DNA of 64,000 bases from Saccostrea cucullata (Eukaryota): assembly GCF_032062105.1 (NCBI RefSeq), contig NW_026926569.1, positions 124,001 to 188,000 of the forward strand, given 5' to 3'. A program made the position numbers and the translations under genes. The notes beneath the pieces are model-generated. The model saw nothing but the letters and a program-made list of their open reading frames with translations. It did no database searches and had not been told where the DNA came from. Shown piece after piece: positions 24,815 through 37,500 of this stretch. Within the stretch, counting starts at the first letter, position 1. The number at the start of each line of letters is the position of its first letter.

Positions 24815-26353
24815 ATGGCGTGGATAACGTGCATCGTGTTGATTCTTGCTAGTATTATTTCATTTTCTGGTGCATTGCAGCATGGTAACTCAAACACTTC
24901 TCCATCTTCTAACCCACATACCGATCCTGACGTGTACAAACAACTACTTCATCTTGAAACAACTTTAGATTCAGTTTATAAAGAATTATTAACTTTGAAG
25001 GAACAAAATCTTCAACAACAAAAAGCATCTGATGAGCTCCAACGACGACAACAGCAACAAGATCAAATGATGGAGTCGATGAACCATACGATTCAGAATT
25101 TAGAAGCTTCATTTCAAAACGTACAAAGTGAAAACGGCATGTTGAAGGAAAAGTTAAATAGTCTGAACTCCTCGTTCTGTCAACAAAATAATTCCAATTT
25201 TGATGGTATCACAAAAGAACTTCAACTTCAGGCACAGAATCTATCACTTTCAATTATGGAATTGAACAAATCTAGTTCGGAGGACATCCAAACATTAAGA
25301 AATATCATCACAAGAAGAGAACAGGAAGTGCCGAAAAATATAACCTCAGTCGTCAGTAGCCTTAAAATGAACGATAGATACTTATCGCTTTCCCTTTTGG
25401 ATGTTCAAAATAACATCTCAGCGCTAGGATCATCACTCCAGCAACAGCAGAAGACACAAACAGAACAACATCAACTAACACAGGCGGGGATACAAAATCT
25501 CCAAACACGTATGTATGAAAAGGTATTTCTTTAATATTTCAGTAATCATGTATAAATACCTTTTACCCTACATAATCAACTAATATACTAAGTATATATA
25601 ATATTTCATTTTGGAACTTGAAAAATTATGTAACTCTTGCATCTACATTTAGCGATAACTTTTCAGAACCATTAGGATATCCTCCATATGAATGTTATTC
25701 TAGAAGAAATTTCATAGTGTCATTCATGTTTTGTGAAATATTGTAGTTAAATTAAAACTTTGGAATAACCTGTATCCTTAATACAGAGGATCACTATGAA
25801 AACGGAAAGTGTCGAAAACTTTTGTAGACGATCTTAAAAAAAAATAAATAGTACTGAGTATTAATTCTTTCATAATGTTTCACTAATATTGGTAAACAAT
25901 CACATTCTTGGTATTTTTTAATATTTTCTTCAAGGTCTAGAGACAACCGTTGCTTTTACAGCTGGAGTTGGAGCTAGCGATAATTGGGCATTTTCACCTG
26001 GACAAACTATTATATTCCCACAAGTTATCTACCAAGTGGGAAGTGGATATAATCCTTCAACAGGAATATTTACTGCCCCAAAGGCTGGTCTGTATCTTAT
26101 ATTCTGTACCACTGTGGCATTTCACGACGAAATTTTCTGGATCAAAATATTGATTAATGGTTCAGTTAAGGCAGGAGTCATGGCTTATCATCCCTCATCT
26201 AATACGTATGTATACCCATCAGCCTCCAACCTTGTTGTCCACCAGTTACAGGCGGGGGACAGAGTCTGGACACAGGTCTATCAGGGTAGTCAACTGTACT
26301 CAAATTATCCAGATACAACCTTTTCTGTCATCATGGTCAATGGATTTCTATAA
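24815..26353 (+). CDS. Secreted coiled-coil + C1q domain protein, paralog 3 (exons 24815-25508, 25935-26353; ~370 aa)
   Basis: Signal peptide MAWITCIVLILASIISFSGA aligns with paralog 2; same phase-1 intron; intact C1q exon. Confidence 0.9.
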
Positions 26354-26961
26354 TATCGTCACTGGTACAAGGTATAAGAAACCTGAGGGGGGGGGAGCTT
26401 TCGAAAAAAATCTGTATTTAAGAACCTGAATATTTTCACATAAAATCATATGAAAAAAAGTTTTAGTTCATGATCAATAGATTTATGGATGTGTTGTCAA
26501 AAGATTTAAAACATGATTGTGACGTAAACTTTTTGTTTGTGTTGTCCATTCTATAGCTTAAGTGTTGAGCTATCTCCCCTAACTATCCATTAAGTCACCT
26601 TTAAGTGTCAATTCTTTTTGAAAAAACTGTCTATTCTTCTTTCAGAATAGACAGTTTAAAAAAAAAAATAGATAGTTAAAACAAACAGAATGGAGAGTTA
26701 CAGGTAAACCTTGGCGTGTGCACAAGAGGGAAACAAAAACAAATACTTTAAATACGATTTAATGTACATGTAAATAACAAAAAGAACTTGGAGATTTAAG
26801 TTAATCCAGAACACGGTGTCTGCATCGGATCTGTTCGATTTTACACATTCAAATCCATGAATATTGCATTTTATTTCAATTCTCAAAACTCATTTTTTTT
26901 CCCACAAAACTTGAATTTAAATGACACAATTTCACATTTGATTAAGATTTTGGAAGCATCA

Positions 26962-28712
26962 TTTGTTTGTTTGTTTGTTTATTCAGGAAATGGCACAAGT
27001 CATATATGAAACATAAGATAGAAACATTAGAACATAATTGGCACATGGAATCCAAAGAAATCATAAGATTTCCTAAAAAATACAATTGTAATAAAACACT
27101 GGCATTATTTCATAAAAAACAAGTACTTAAGAAAAAACATTTAATTCAGTATATCTAAAAGAGAATGGCGGGTAACTATATAATTTTTGTACTAAGTATA
27201 GCCATTTACCCGAGGATGACCCATAAAAGCAATAATGTGCTTATTTCCAATGGAGTCCTCATAAATTGTAATAGTAATTAACCTACTTAGCACTAAATGC
27301 TATGATATAAATAAGAATAAATAAAACATAAATGAATAAGGCAATATATATGTTTTAGGAAGCTAATAGAATAAAAACTCATTTTCAGATATTGAGCGCA
27401 TTTTAAATAAAAGGTGTTTTTTTAATTCTTTTTTGAAAACAGCTTTGTTTTTGATGGATTTTATCTCATCTGGAAGTGAATTCCACTCCTTGATACCATT
27501 ATGATAGAAAGTATCCGACTCTAACTTACATGTAACAATTCCTTGGGATAAAAAAGTTCAACTTGCTGGACCTAGTTGTTCTAGTTGTTCTTGTAGAATT
27601 TTGAATAAAATGCTCAGATAAATAATTTGGACATTTCTCATGAAAAATATTAAACACATGATTAAGTCGGAGTTGAGAAACTCTATTACTAACATTCAAG
27701 AAGCCTACTTTTTCAAATTCGTCAAAAGTAATTCTCTTCCTTTGATGGCTATTGAGAATAAACCTGATAACTTTATTTTGAGCAACTTGTAGTCTATTTT
27801 TCATATTTTTTGTCAAACCTTCATACCAACAAGAGCAAGCATAGTCAAAATGACACTGGATTAAAGCTGTACATAAATATTTTCTTGACAAAAAAGATAA
27901 ACAATCTTTATATCTAAAAAGAAATTTCAGTCGCTGATTTGTCTTGCTGATAATATTTTCAACAATTTTTTCACCAGACAGTACATTATCTAAAAATACA
28001 CCCAAATATTTCACACATGTTTTTGTTTCAATTCTGACTCCATTACAAAATAATGAAAAAGATTCAAGATTAAACTTATCAAGTTTTCGTCGAGTACCAA
28101 ACAAAATGCTTTCCGTTTTACCCAAATGTAGAGATAGCTTATTGTCTACTAACCAATCTTGACAGAGTTCTAACATACAAGAGAGTTTTTTAGAAATAAC
28201 ATCTGGATCTTTGTGGGGAAAAAAGTATAGCAGTATCATCAGCATATAAAAGCACTTTACATTCATGGTCTATACAAGACTGTAAGTCATTGACATAAAT
28301 CAAAAACAAAAGAGGCCCAAGCAAACTTCCCTGAGGTACTCCGCATGTTACATCACATAATGTAGAATTTACAAGTTGTTTCCTGTTGCACATATATGAT
28401 TTAAACCATTCGATTGATTGAATACCAATAGCACTAAGTTTCTCACACAAAATATCATGATCAACTGTGTCAAATGCTTTTTGGAGATCAAGTAAAACCA
28501 TTCCTGTAAAAAGACCTTTGGCTGTTTTACCTTTTATGTAGTCTGTTAAATGTATAAGACAGCTATCTGTAGAAAATGAACTTCTAAAACCAGATTGTAA
28601 TTCATATAAAATATTATTTTCAGTCAAATAATTTTCTAGCTGTGTGTATATAGCTTTTTCAAGGATTTTAGAAACAATGCTAAGTATACTAACTGGTCTA
28701 TAATTTTCTGGG
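26962..28712 (-). mobile_element. 5'-truncated L2/Crack-like LINE with reverse transcriptase remnant (frameshifted)
   Basis: ENYRPVSIL, QSGFR, LDLQKAFDTVDH, GVPQGSLLGPLLF, YADD, KYLG, CHFDYAC. A +1 base near 28215-28218 splits the ORF. 3' AATAAA followed by a (CAAA)n tail. Confidence 0.9.
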
Positions 28713-29112
28713 CTTCCCTCGAGAAGAATCCATTTTCAGCTTGAAATCCATCATCCAGAAAATAATTTGCACCATGATGAAAACTACACTGCAGCAGTGA
28801 ATATTTCGGTAAAAATAATTTAAAATTGAAACATTTCCAGATTTTATTTGAAAAACAGTTTTAGGTCGAAGTTTGGCTTATGACTAACCGATACTCAGAA
28901 CACAATATGCATTTCACCATTACACTGCTGCAATCAATACTAAGTATAATCCTCAAAAATTGAATTCAAATTAAAGGAAAATAAATTCCAGTTTGAATTC
29001 GAAATATCTGTATTTGTCGTCGAAGAAGTTTTGAGGAGATCAAAATTTCGATAGTACAATAATTAACAAAATGTATAGAGGAAAAAATTATGCAGGCCTA
29101 CACATGAAAAAC

Positions 29113-29253
29113 TAGTCCGAAAAATCTGATGTTTTCCTGGCTTTTTTACGACTTTGATATTTTACATGCCAGGAAAACGTTTTCTTGGCATGTAAAATAT
29201 CAAAATCGTAAAAAAAAAAAAAAAGCCAGGAAAACGTCAGATTTTTCGGACAA
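29113..29253. mobile_element. Fully palindromic 141-bp MITE with 9-bp TSD ATGAAAAAC
   Basis: Arms meet at GAAAACGTTTTC with no spacer; ATGAAAAAC at 29104-29112 and 29254-29262. Confidence 0.8.
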
Positions 29254-30894
29254 ATGAAAAACTTGAAGGTTATGTACATGTATAAACAAATTTTTTTCTT
29301 ACATAAAAAATATCATCGAATAAATACGCAAGTCCGTATGGCTTTTGCCGCTTCATCCTTTATGACATGGTTATACAAAGTTTCTTAGCTGCTGCATTCA
29401 TTTTTTTTTTCTTAATATAAATTAATAAATAACTATTGCAACCATGCTAGAATCAGTGAACTTGGTTCGAATATTTAATCTCTGATGACAGACTTTGGGC
29501 ACTGATTCGCAAATTCTCTGGTCTCTCTGTATAACGGAGAAACAATCTGGAATGTGTTAAATATACCCCCCCCCCCCCAAAAAAAAAATCCAAAAGAAAA
29601 ATAACAAAACATTGAAATAAACGCTGGGGACCACTTGCTTATCTGAAGAGACTGGAGCTCGATCGGAAAGGCAAAAGAAGCGATTGTTTTCAGAGCCTAT
29701 GCACATACATTGATTTGTTGATGAGCATTTTTGACAGCTCAAGAATAAATTAAACCATTCATAAACAATCAAAAATTGAATTAGTTTATATAATTTTTTG
29801 AAAAAAAAATACCAGTAAACCTATAAATTGCCGATTTTAATCATTTTTTTTTCAAGACAGTTTAGGCGTGTCTATTTTTTAAAATATATGTATTACGCAA
29901 ATATATTTTTGTTTTGCTTTATCGTATTTTTTTTTCATCGGCAAACGCACAGACGAGACGTCACGTCTTTGAAGCGCTATTGTGACGTAATTACGTTTAT
30001 GTCACGAAGGTCCCTTTTCGCTTGATGCAACTCATTTAAATTTCATTTTTTATCTAATCATTGAATCGCCATCTTCAGTTGTGAGTTGGCATTCATTAAT
30101 CAATCAGTTAAAAATAATTTAAATTCGTGGACATAATTTAAATTGATTATATTTTTGGTTTGATAAGCGTGTACATTTATGTATTGAAGAAGCAACAAGA
30201 TAAAACATTTAGTGGTGGGAGGGGTATTAATTATAATTTTTTAAGTCATTAGTATGATCTTGAACTTTGTTGGGAGTTTTCACCACCAAATAAAGCAAAA
30301 GGTACGTTTGAACAATGATGTTGCTTGACCTTTTTTCCACATATTTTGTTTAATTCTCAAACATCTCTTACAGTTAATAATATTTACCGCTATCAATATT
30401 TCTTTTAAATATTTATCTTTTTCAAGTTACTGCATGTATATACTGATGAGCCCGCATGGGACGAAAGCGCTTTAGATTAAAGTTTGAGTTTTTCATGTAA
30501 ATTTGGATATTACTGTATAACATATATAGGAGAATTCATTAAAACAAATCTTGTATTATTTTATTAAATGTTCCATAGACATACATGTATGTGCATTAAA
30601 AACAAGTGTACTCCGCAGTTTGGAAGAATTCTGTTTGTCCTTCTTGGCTTTCTGTTTTCCTGGGAGGAATGCTCCATTTTGTACTATTTTTAATTTGGAT
30701 GTTCATTGCAAAAAAGGTTTCAGTACAGTGAACTTGGTAAGGGAAAATTCGGAAGGTCTTCAACAGTACGTTGTATTGCTGGAGAATGTTTTTGCAACTG
30801 GTACACAACTGGTACACAATTTCATTATGATTTTCTTCTAGTTCTGTTTTTATTCCAATAAGCATCAGCCATTGTGCCTGGCTAAAATCCTTTT

Positions 30895-33619
30895 CTACGG
30901 ACGACCATGTCGTCTGCCACTAGGAATTCGATTTTTGTTATGTTTCTTTTTAACCTCCTTGGTACCCGTTGCAGTTTCCTCTACATATGCTAACACCTTG
31001 CCCTTGTAATGACCTTCATCCCTATCAGAATTGAGTAGCTCTGACATTTTCTTTTTGTTGGCTGACGTATTGTTGTCACTGTGCTCAATGATTAAAATAT
31101 CGTATGAATTTGTTTTGCCAATGGACATCAGAGGCCGTTTTTGTTTTGGGACCTGGAAACATTTTCGAATCTCCTTCGATGACTTTGGGATGCTCAATAA
31201 TGGAGGAAGAATTTTAGGGGATGCTAGAGTGCGTGTTGTCGTTTTCTTCTCATATACTGCCTGTCCATATATTGATGGTAACTTACATGTCGTCTGGTTT
31301 GGATCTGACGCACTAGAACATGGTTCCGGGCGGATCTGCTTTTTGGCGGTTTGGATTTCCGGCATTTTGAAGACACTTTTGCTTTGATGTAAAAAATGGT
31401 TTACTTCAGCTTTCATTTGTAGACACGACTGAATTTGTGGAAGTTTAACTCCGTTGTGAAGTCCGTTTACAGAGTGTGAAAAAATTGGAGGTGAACCAGA
31501 ACTTCCGTTTGATCCATGGATTTGCAACTGTGAACATCCATCATTGAGAGCGAAATCTTTTCCCTGGCTTAAAAGTCCGCTTCGACTTTCTTTGTGGGCT
31601 TTCTCTGATATGATGTCATTGATTTCGGGTTTTCTGAAAATCTTTTCATTTTCTTGACGTAGCTCCTTTCCGTTTTGGCTTTGTTCTTTTCTACTTGCAT
31701 ATGCATGGTTCTCTTCAGAAGCTTTGCTTTTCTCACATTCCTCATGTAATTTCGTTTTTCTTCCTATGCATACCAATTTTTGCTGGTTAACCGATGGTAG
31801 GTCCACAGGCTCTACGTTTCCTTGTGGAAACATATTTTCTTTTCTTTGAATGTTTTCTTCATCCACTCCTGAAGATCTATAACATCGCATTCGTTCTCGA
31901 CAAATTTCTCGGATACGTTCAGTGAGTTCTCCAACTGACAAAGAGACTTCTGGAACATGAGAGCTCAAATCAGACTTCATCTGTTTACAAATATTTTCCA
32001 GTTTGATGCATTCTACCTGAAGAGTTGAAAGTTTGTGCTCCACAACTTTTTGCCAGCATACTCCCTCATCTTCTGTACATCCCAGCAATTCCCTTTCAAG
32101 ACTTCTTTTTTCTTGGATATTTTCACTGCAGAGATTAACCCAGTGTCTACAATAGGACCAAATGAAAATGGATATACATGTACATCACACTAGCTATTTT
32201 GGTATATATGTCAAAAACCAAGTCCCCATCCTATTTTCGTGATAATTGAAATCGTTTCGAAAAATATCTTATTGAGAATAAGGTCGATTTTTCATGTCTT
32301 TTCACAGCCTTAGGGAGATGGGGTGTACATTGGTATAACTCACAGAATAATATTAATCTTACCGTAAAAGTGTGTCATTTTGTATCTTTCTAACGGCATC
32401 AGGGGTAGATTTTCTTGGTATTCCAGCTGCAATTAGACATACATATACAGTGTAACTTTCTAATATGGTGTCGGAAAAGAATGCACAAGAGTGCGTAGTA
32501 TTTGTCAAATCAAGGTGTATAGGGAAAGGACTAAAGAAAAGGTAGTAATGTATAAAGTGTTCAGTGATTCCATGTTAGTCCGTTTTACACAACTGTTAAT
32601 TTGCCAATGCGTTCAATCTGTGCTCAGTACGTTTTCTTATCAACAATCGATTCTAAGAAGCAACATCTTAAATCAACGATTACATATATTTATTATTTAT
32701 TTGAAATCCATATGTTGATTAAATCTCAATTTAAATGGGTTTTTTAATTACCCTCATTAGACAAGAAGTATCTCAGCTTAATCAATGGGTCATCATATAC
32801 TTTCTCTTCTGGAATAACGTCTAGTTCTTCTCTGACAAAGCTAAAACAAATTTATATTATCATCCCTTTTAATTAACAGAGAGAGAAAGAGAGAGAAAAT
32901 TGTGAAGGGATTATTATTACACTGTACCTAGAAAGCTGAATATCGAGCTCAGCAGAAGAGTGCTCCGTCATTTTTGAAGTTGATGACTTATTTCCTACAA
33001 TATAATACATGCAAACTGTGCTAAAACATGCAATTGCAAGTTAAATTTGACAAAACTGATAAAATCACGTCCTTGAAAAAATAAGTACAAGACTTACCTT
33101 TATCGGATTCAAGTTCAACCTGCATTCCAGGTTCAGACTCATAATTTTCATCCTCGCATATTGTATAAAGGCTAAAAAAACAAAAAACAAACGTGTTATC
33201 ATCAAATAGTAATGACTTCACTTTGAAAATTAAATAATATATGTCTTAAAAATTGAAAGAGAGGGAAATATACCCAGAGATGTTGAAGTTTCTCTGATTC
33301 TCGCCTTCGGTCGAGTCTGCTACGAGTACTGAATGTCCTAAATGGATACGAATGATTTTTTTAAACAAAACTCTAAAATGCAATTCGTATAAATGGCAGT
33401 ACACATAATAAAAGATGTAAATATACCATTATCCAGCATCTTGAAATATCTTTGGTGAATTTCCTCTTCATCTTCGTATATTCTTTCTTCACAAATCGTC
33501 GGAAGTCTAAAAATATCCAAACACATCCACAGTTGAATTATATGTATATCATAAATGATAATTGCTATCAATAATTAAAAAACTGTTGTATATAATACTT
33601 ACGAATAGCTAAAATCCAT
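30895..33619 (-). CDS. Uncharacterised 568-aa protein, 8 exons (33619-33603, 33506-33427, 33337-33274, 33171-33098, 32994-32928, 32840-32752, 32426-32363, 32146-30895)
   Basis: All seven introns are GT-AG and the joined 1707 nt reads open from MDFSYSLPTICEE to SGRRHGRP-stop. No family recognised. Confidence 0.8.
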
Positions 33620-33653
33620 GATTTCTACGTCTACAGAATCAATGACAATCCAT

Positions 33654-33680
33654 TGTGACGTCACAAATACAATGACGTAA
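33654..33680. promoter_or_regulatory. Palindromic CRE (TGACGTCA, 33656-33663) plus variant TGACGTAA (33673-33680) just upstream of the orphan gene
   Basis: TTGTGACGTCACAA palindrome about 37 bp from the ATG; function is inferred only. Confidence 0.45.
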
Positions 33681-34117
33681 CAATGCTACAACGAACACTA
33701 TAATTCTGGATGGATGCCGTGTATTGTTTAAAAAATTTCCGTATTTTATTTTCTACATGTTTTTTTTTTATTTTTAAAATTGCAATGTAACATAAAATTA
33801 AATTGCATATAATATATATTAATAATTTAAATAAATAATTCTTTTTCGATACTATAGTAGCATTCATGAAAACGGTAGAAAAAGAGAAAATATGTAAACT
33901 TCCCGTTTTACATAATTTAGGTTATATTGTGGGCCTTTATCTATCAAGTTAAAAGTTTGAATCATTTCGAGGCCAACGGAGCGAATAGATGACTGTACAA
34001 TGTTTTATTGTGTAAACCAGCGGTTCCATGATTTATATATGAGTAGAGTAAATATGCAGAAATATTGTATCTCACTTTTCGATGTAATGAATACCATGAC
34101 TCCCCAACCCCCAACAC

Positions 34118-34118
<1 letters not shown>

Positions 34119-34187
<69 letters not shown>
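34119..34187. repeat. (CT)n microsatellite between two divergent genes
   Basis: About 34 TC units. Confidence 0.95.
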
Positions 34188-34189
<2 letters not shown>

Positions 34190-34552
34190 AAGAGATTTGG
34201 TCTGAGTTAAGCATCAACTATTTTAAAGGATTATAATCTCCGAATTTTCAATCTTCGACTATATATTAACAAAAGTAATTTTAGATGATGGGAGAAGTAT
34301 GTGTTGTATTACTGTCAATCATAATCATTTCAACAAAAATGAGAAAAAAAAGTATCTATTAATCTATATCCATGGAGAGAGAGAGAGAGAGAGTTTCTAA
34401 AGTACATGTTGCATTTCACAGCGTTACTATTTCCTGATGACATCACCATGTCACTCAAAAGGTCATCCTGGGTAATATTTAAACAGCAGACACAGTGTCA
34501 GCAGACGACACTTTGTTTTTCCCCTCATTTGGTAACATCAGCATACATCACC

Positions 34553-37500
34553 ATGAACTTCTCTCGCCTATTTACAGTTTTATGTTTAACTCATCTGCTC
34601 GTTTGTTCATTATGGTAAGTGAATTTTAACTTATTGTTTGCATTCGATTTTTAGATTCAAAAATTTGTCGATTGTATATTTCATGTCCGTTTATTATCTC
34701 TACTTCTTTGACAATTTGCAGAAATACTTTCTAAGGCTAAATTTATACTTTAACTTCAAAAGAAAAAGAATTATTTACACTTTTCATCGTTAAAAAATTG
34801 TTCTACATAAGATAATGATTAAAATTAAGATTATTTAAGAGGCTTTATAAAACGCATAAAGTTGTCAGAGAAGATATATATATGTTTGTTATAGTAATTT
34901 ATATTTCCTAGAGCAAACTCATCATACAGTTAAATGAAAATCATTCAACAGAGGGTGTCCAACAAACTTACAAAAGTATTGATATCGGGGTTTTTTTTTC
35001 AAGTACAGTATCATGTTTTTTTTTCATAGTAGTACACTTAAGTTTTACAATGAAAGAAATTCAAAGTTTTAAATTTCTTAAATTGTTAAACTGAAATGTA
35101 ACATTAGTAACCAAAAGAATTTTCTGTAGTCTAGCTCTTTTACATGTTAAGGAAAAGGTTGAGATAAAATTCCCCTGATTTTTAGAAAGTCAAAGTTAAC
35201 GTAAAACTTGACCTTTCAGTTACGATTTTCAATCGACAATCGATTGATGCTATAGTCACGGATTCTGACTGGATAGCCCCCACCCCCACAAACCCCTCCA
35301 ATCAGATGGAAATTAATTTCAAATCAAACAGAAGGGTACGAAATGAAATTTTTGAAGTATTTTTTAAAAATTACATATTTAAATGCACTTAAGTTTCCCC
35401 GAACATGCTTTATAAACCTTTGATGAAGATATTCTAAAGGAATTTAGACGGAATGTTGGATAGCGTCTAAAAAGACATTGTTTTAGTGTTTACCGCGTCA
35501 CACTGGAGTACCAGCTTCATTCACATCGATTTGAACTTAAGTACCTCACGGTCTTTCTCACAAGTTCAAGATAACTCCACTTTTGGGTGACGAATACTAA
35601 AGAGTAACCATTGACTGCATGTCGAAATGACTGGGTGGGTTCTAAAGTACTTAACTCATAAGTTTCAGTGCATGTACATCCAGGTTCCTCAATGAGAAAA
35701 AGAATTTCCTTTAAATAAAGGATTTTAAAGTGTTCGTTTATTATCTTTACTTCTTTGATAATTTGTAGAAAGTAGAAATACTTTAAAATTAAGATTATTT
35801 AACAGGATTTATAAAACGCATAAAGTTGTCAGAGAAGATATATATGTAATTATGTTTTGTATAGTAATTTATATTTCCTAGAGCAAACCCATCATACAAT
35901 TAAATGAAAATCATTCAACAGAGGGTGTCCAACAAACTTACAAAAGTATTGATATCGGTTTTTTTTTTCAAGTACAGTATCATGTGTTTTTTTTTCATAG
36001 TATTACAATTAAGTTTTACAATTAAAGAAATTCAAAGTTTTGAATTTCTTGAATTGTTGAACTGAAATGTAACATTAGTAACCAAAAGAATTTTCTGTAG
36101 TCTAGCTCTTTTACATGTTAAGGAAAAAGTTGAGATAAAATTCCCCTGATTTTTAGAAAGTCAAAGTTAACGTAAAACTTGAACTTTCAGTTACAATTTT
36201 CAATCGACAATCGATTGATGCTACAAACACGGATTCTGACTGGATAGCCTCCCAGTGGCGTAGCATCGTTTTTGAAAGTGGGGGGGGGGGGGTGTAGGTA
36301 AACTTTTTTCAGTGTCAACTACCTTCAGTACCAATTATAATACTACAATTTCGGTACATCACTAAAAGTGGGGGGGGGGGGGCAACCAGGCTTTCAATTA
36401 ACATTTCCTATAGTATAAGTAAGGTTGGGAAAAAAAGTGGGGGGGGGGCAGGCCCACCCTGCCCCCCCCCCCTATTGCTACGCCCCTGCCTCCACCCCCA
36501 TCCACCCCTCCAATCAGATGGGTATTAATTTCAAATCAAACAGAAGGGTACGGAATGCAAACTTTAAAGTATTTTTTTTAATTACATATTTACATGCACT
36601 TAAGTTTCCCCCAACATGCCTTATAAACCTTTGAAAGGAATGAACATATTCTAATGGAATTTAGACGGAATGTTGGATAGCGTCTAAAAGGACATTGTTT
36701 TAGTGTTTACCGCCTCACGCTGGAGTACCAGCTTCATTCATATCGAATTTGAACTTAAGTACCTCACGGTCCTTCTCACAAGTTCAAGATACCTCCACTT
36801 CTGGGTGACGAATACCAAAGAGTTACCATTGACTGTGCATGTCGAAATGACTGGGTGGGTTCAAAAGTACTTAACTCATAATTATCAGTGCATGTACATC
36901 CAGGTTCCTCAATGAGAAAAAGAATTTCCTTTAAATAAAGGATTTTAAAGTGTTCCTGTAAAGCAAGTTAGTAAGTTCCTTAAAAAAAACACCATTCTGT
37001 CTTTCGTTATGCAATTTTCAATGTACATGTATATACTACATGTAGTAATATGCAAAACTCTTTTTTTTTTTTAATAAATTCTATAATTGTCAATTTAGTT
37101 CAATTATTATTTATTTAGTTTTGGATTTTTCGGTGGTAGAGGGATGGAGGGAGTTTGTTTGTTTTTACAATTTAATAACGATATAAATCATAAAAAGAAA
37201 AATTAAAATATACACTTACATATCTCTTTCCTTACACGGATACACTGTACATATTTCTTTCATTGAGTTCACGTTTATCAATATAAAAATTAAGATAAAA
37301 AATCAGATATAGAGAAGATTTTCTTCGTACGGAAAACTTGTATGTTGGACTTAACAAATAAAGTGATTAAGACTCGTGGCTTGCGTTGAATGAATACTGA
37401 ACGTATTGCAAGAGCAAGTTGAATTTAATTAATCTAAATTTTTTTAACTCCTTTTGCAAAAATTAACACATTATTTAATAAACATGGCTTTAAGCTCATC

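Noticed and set aside
30551-31387. Short ORFs 30551..30841, 30596..30865 and 31031..31387
   Set aside because: Antisense to, or within the probable 3' UTR of, the orphan gene; no motifs or splice support.
34000-34191. ORF with SLSLSL run, and similar ORFs over poly-T, poly-G or (GTCC)n (5165, 42389, 42435, 46896)
   Set aside because: Microsatellite translations.
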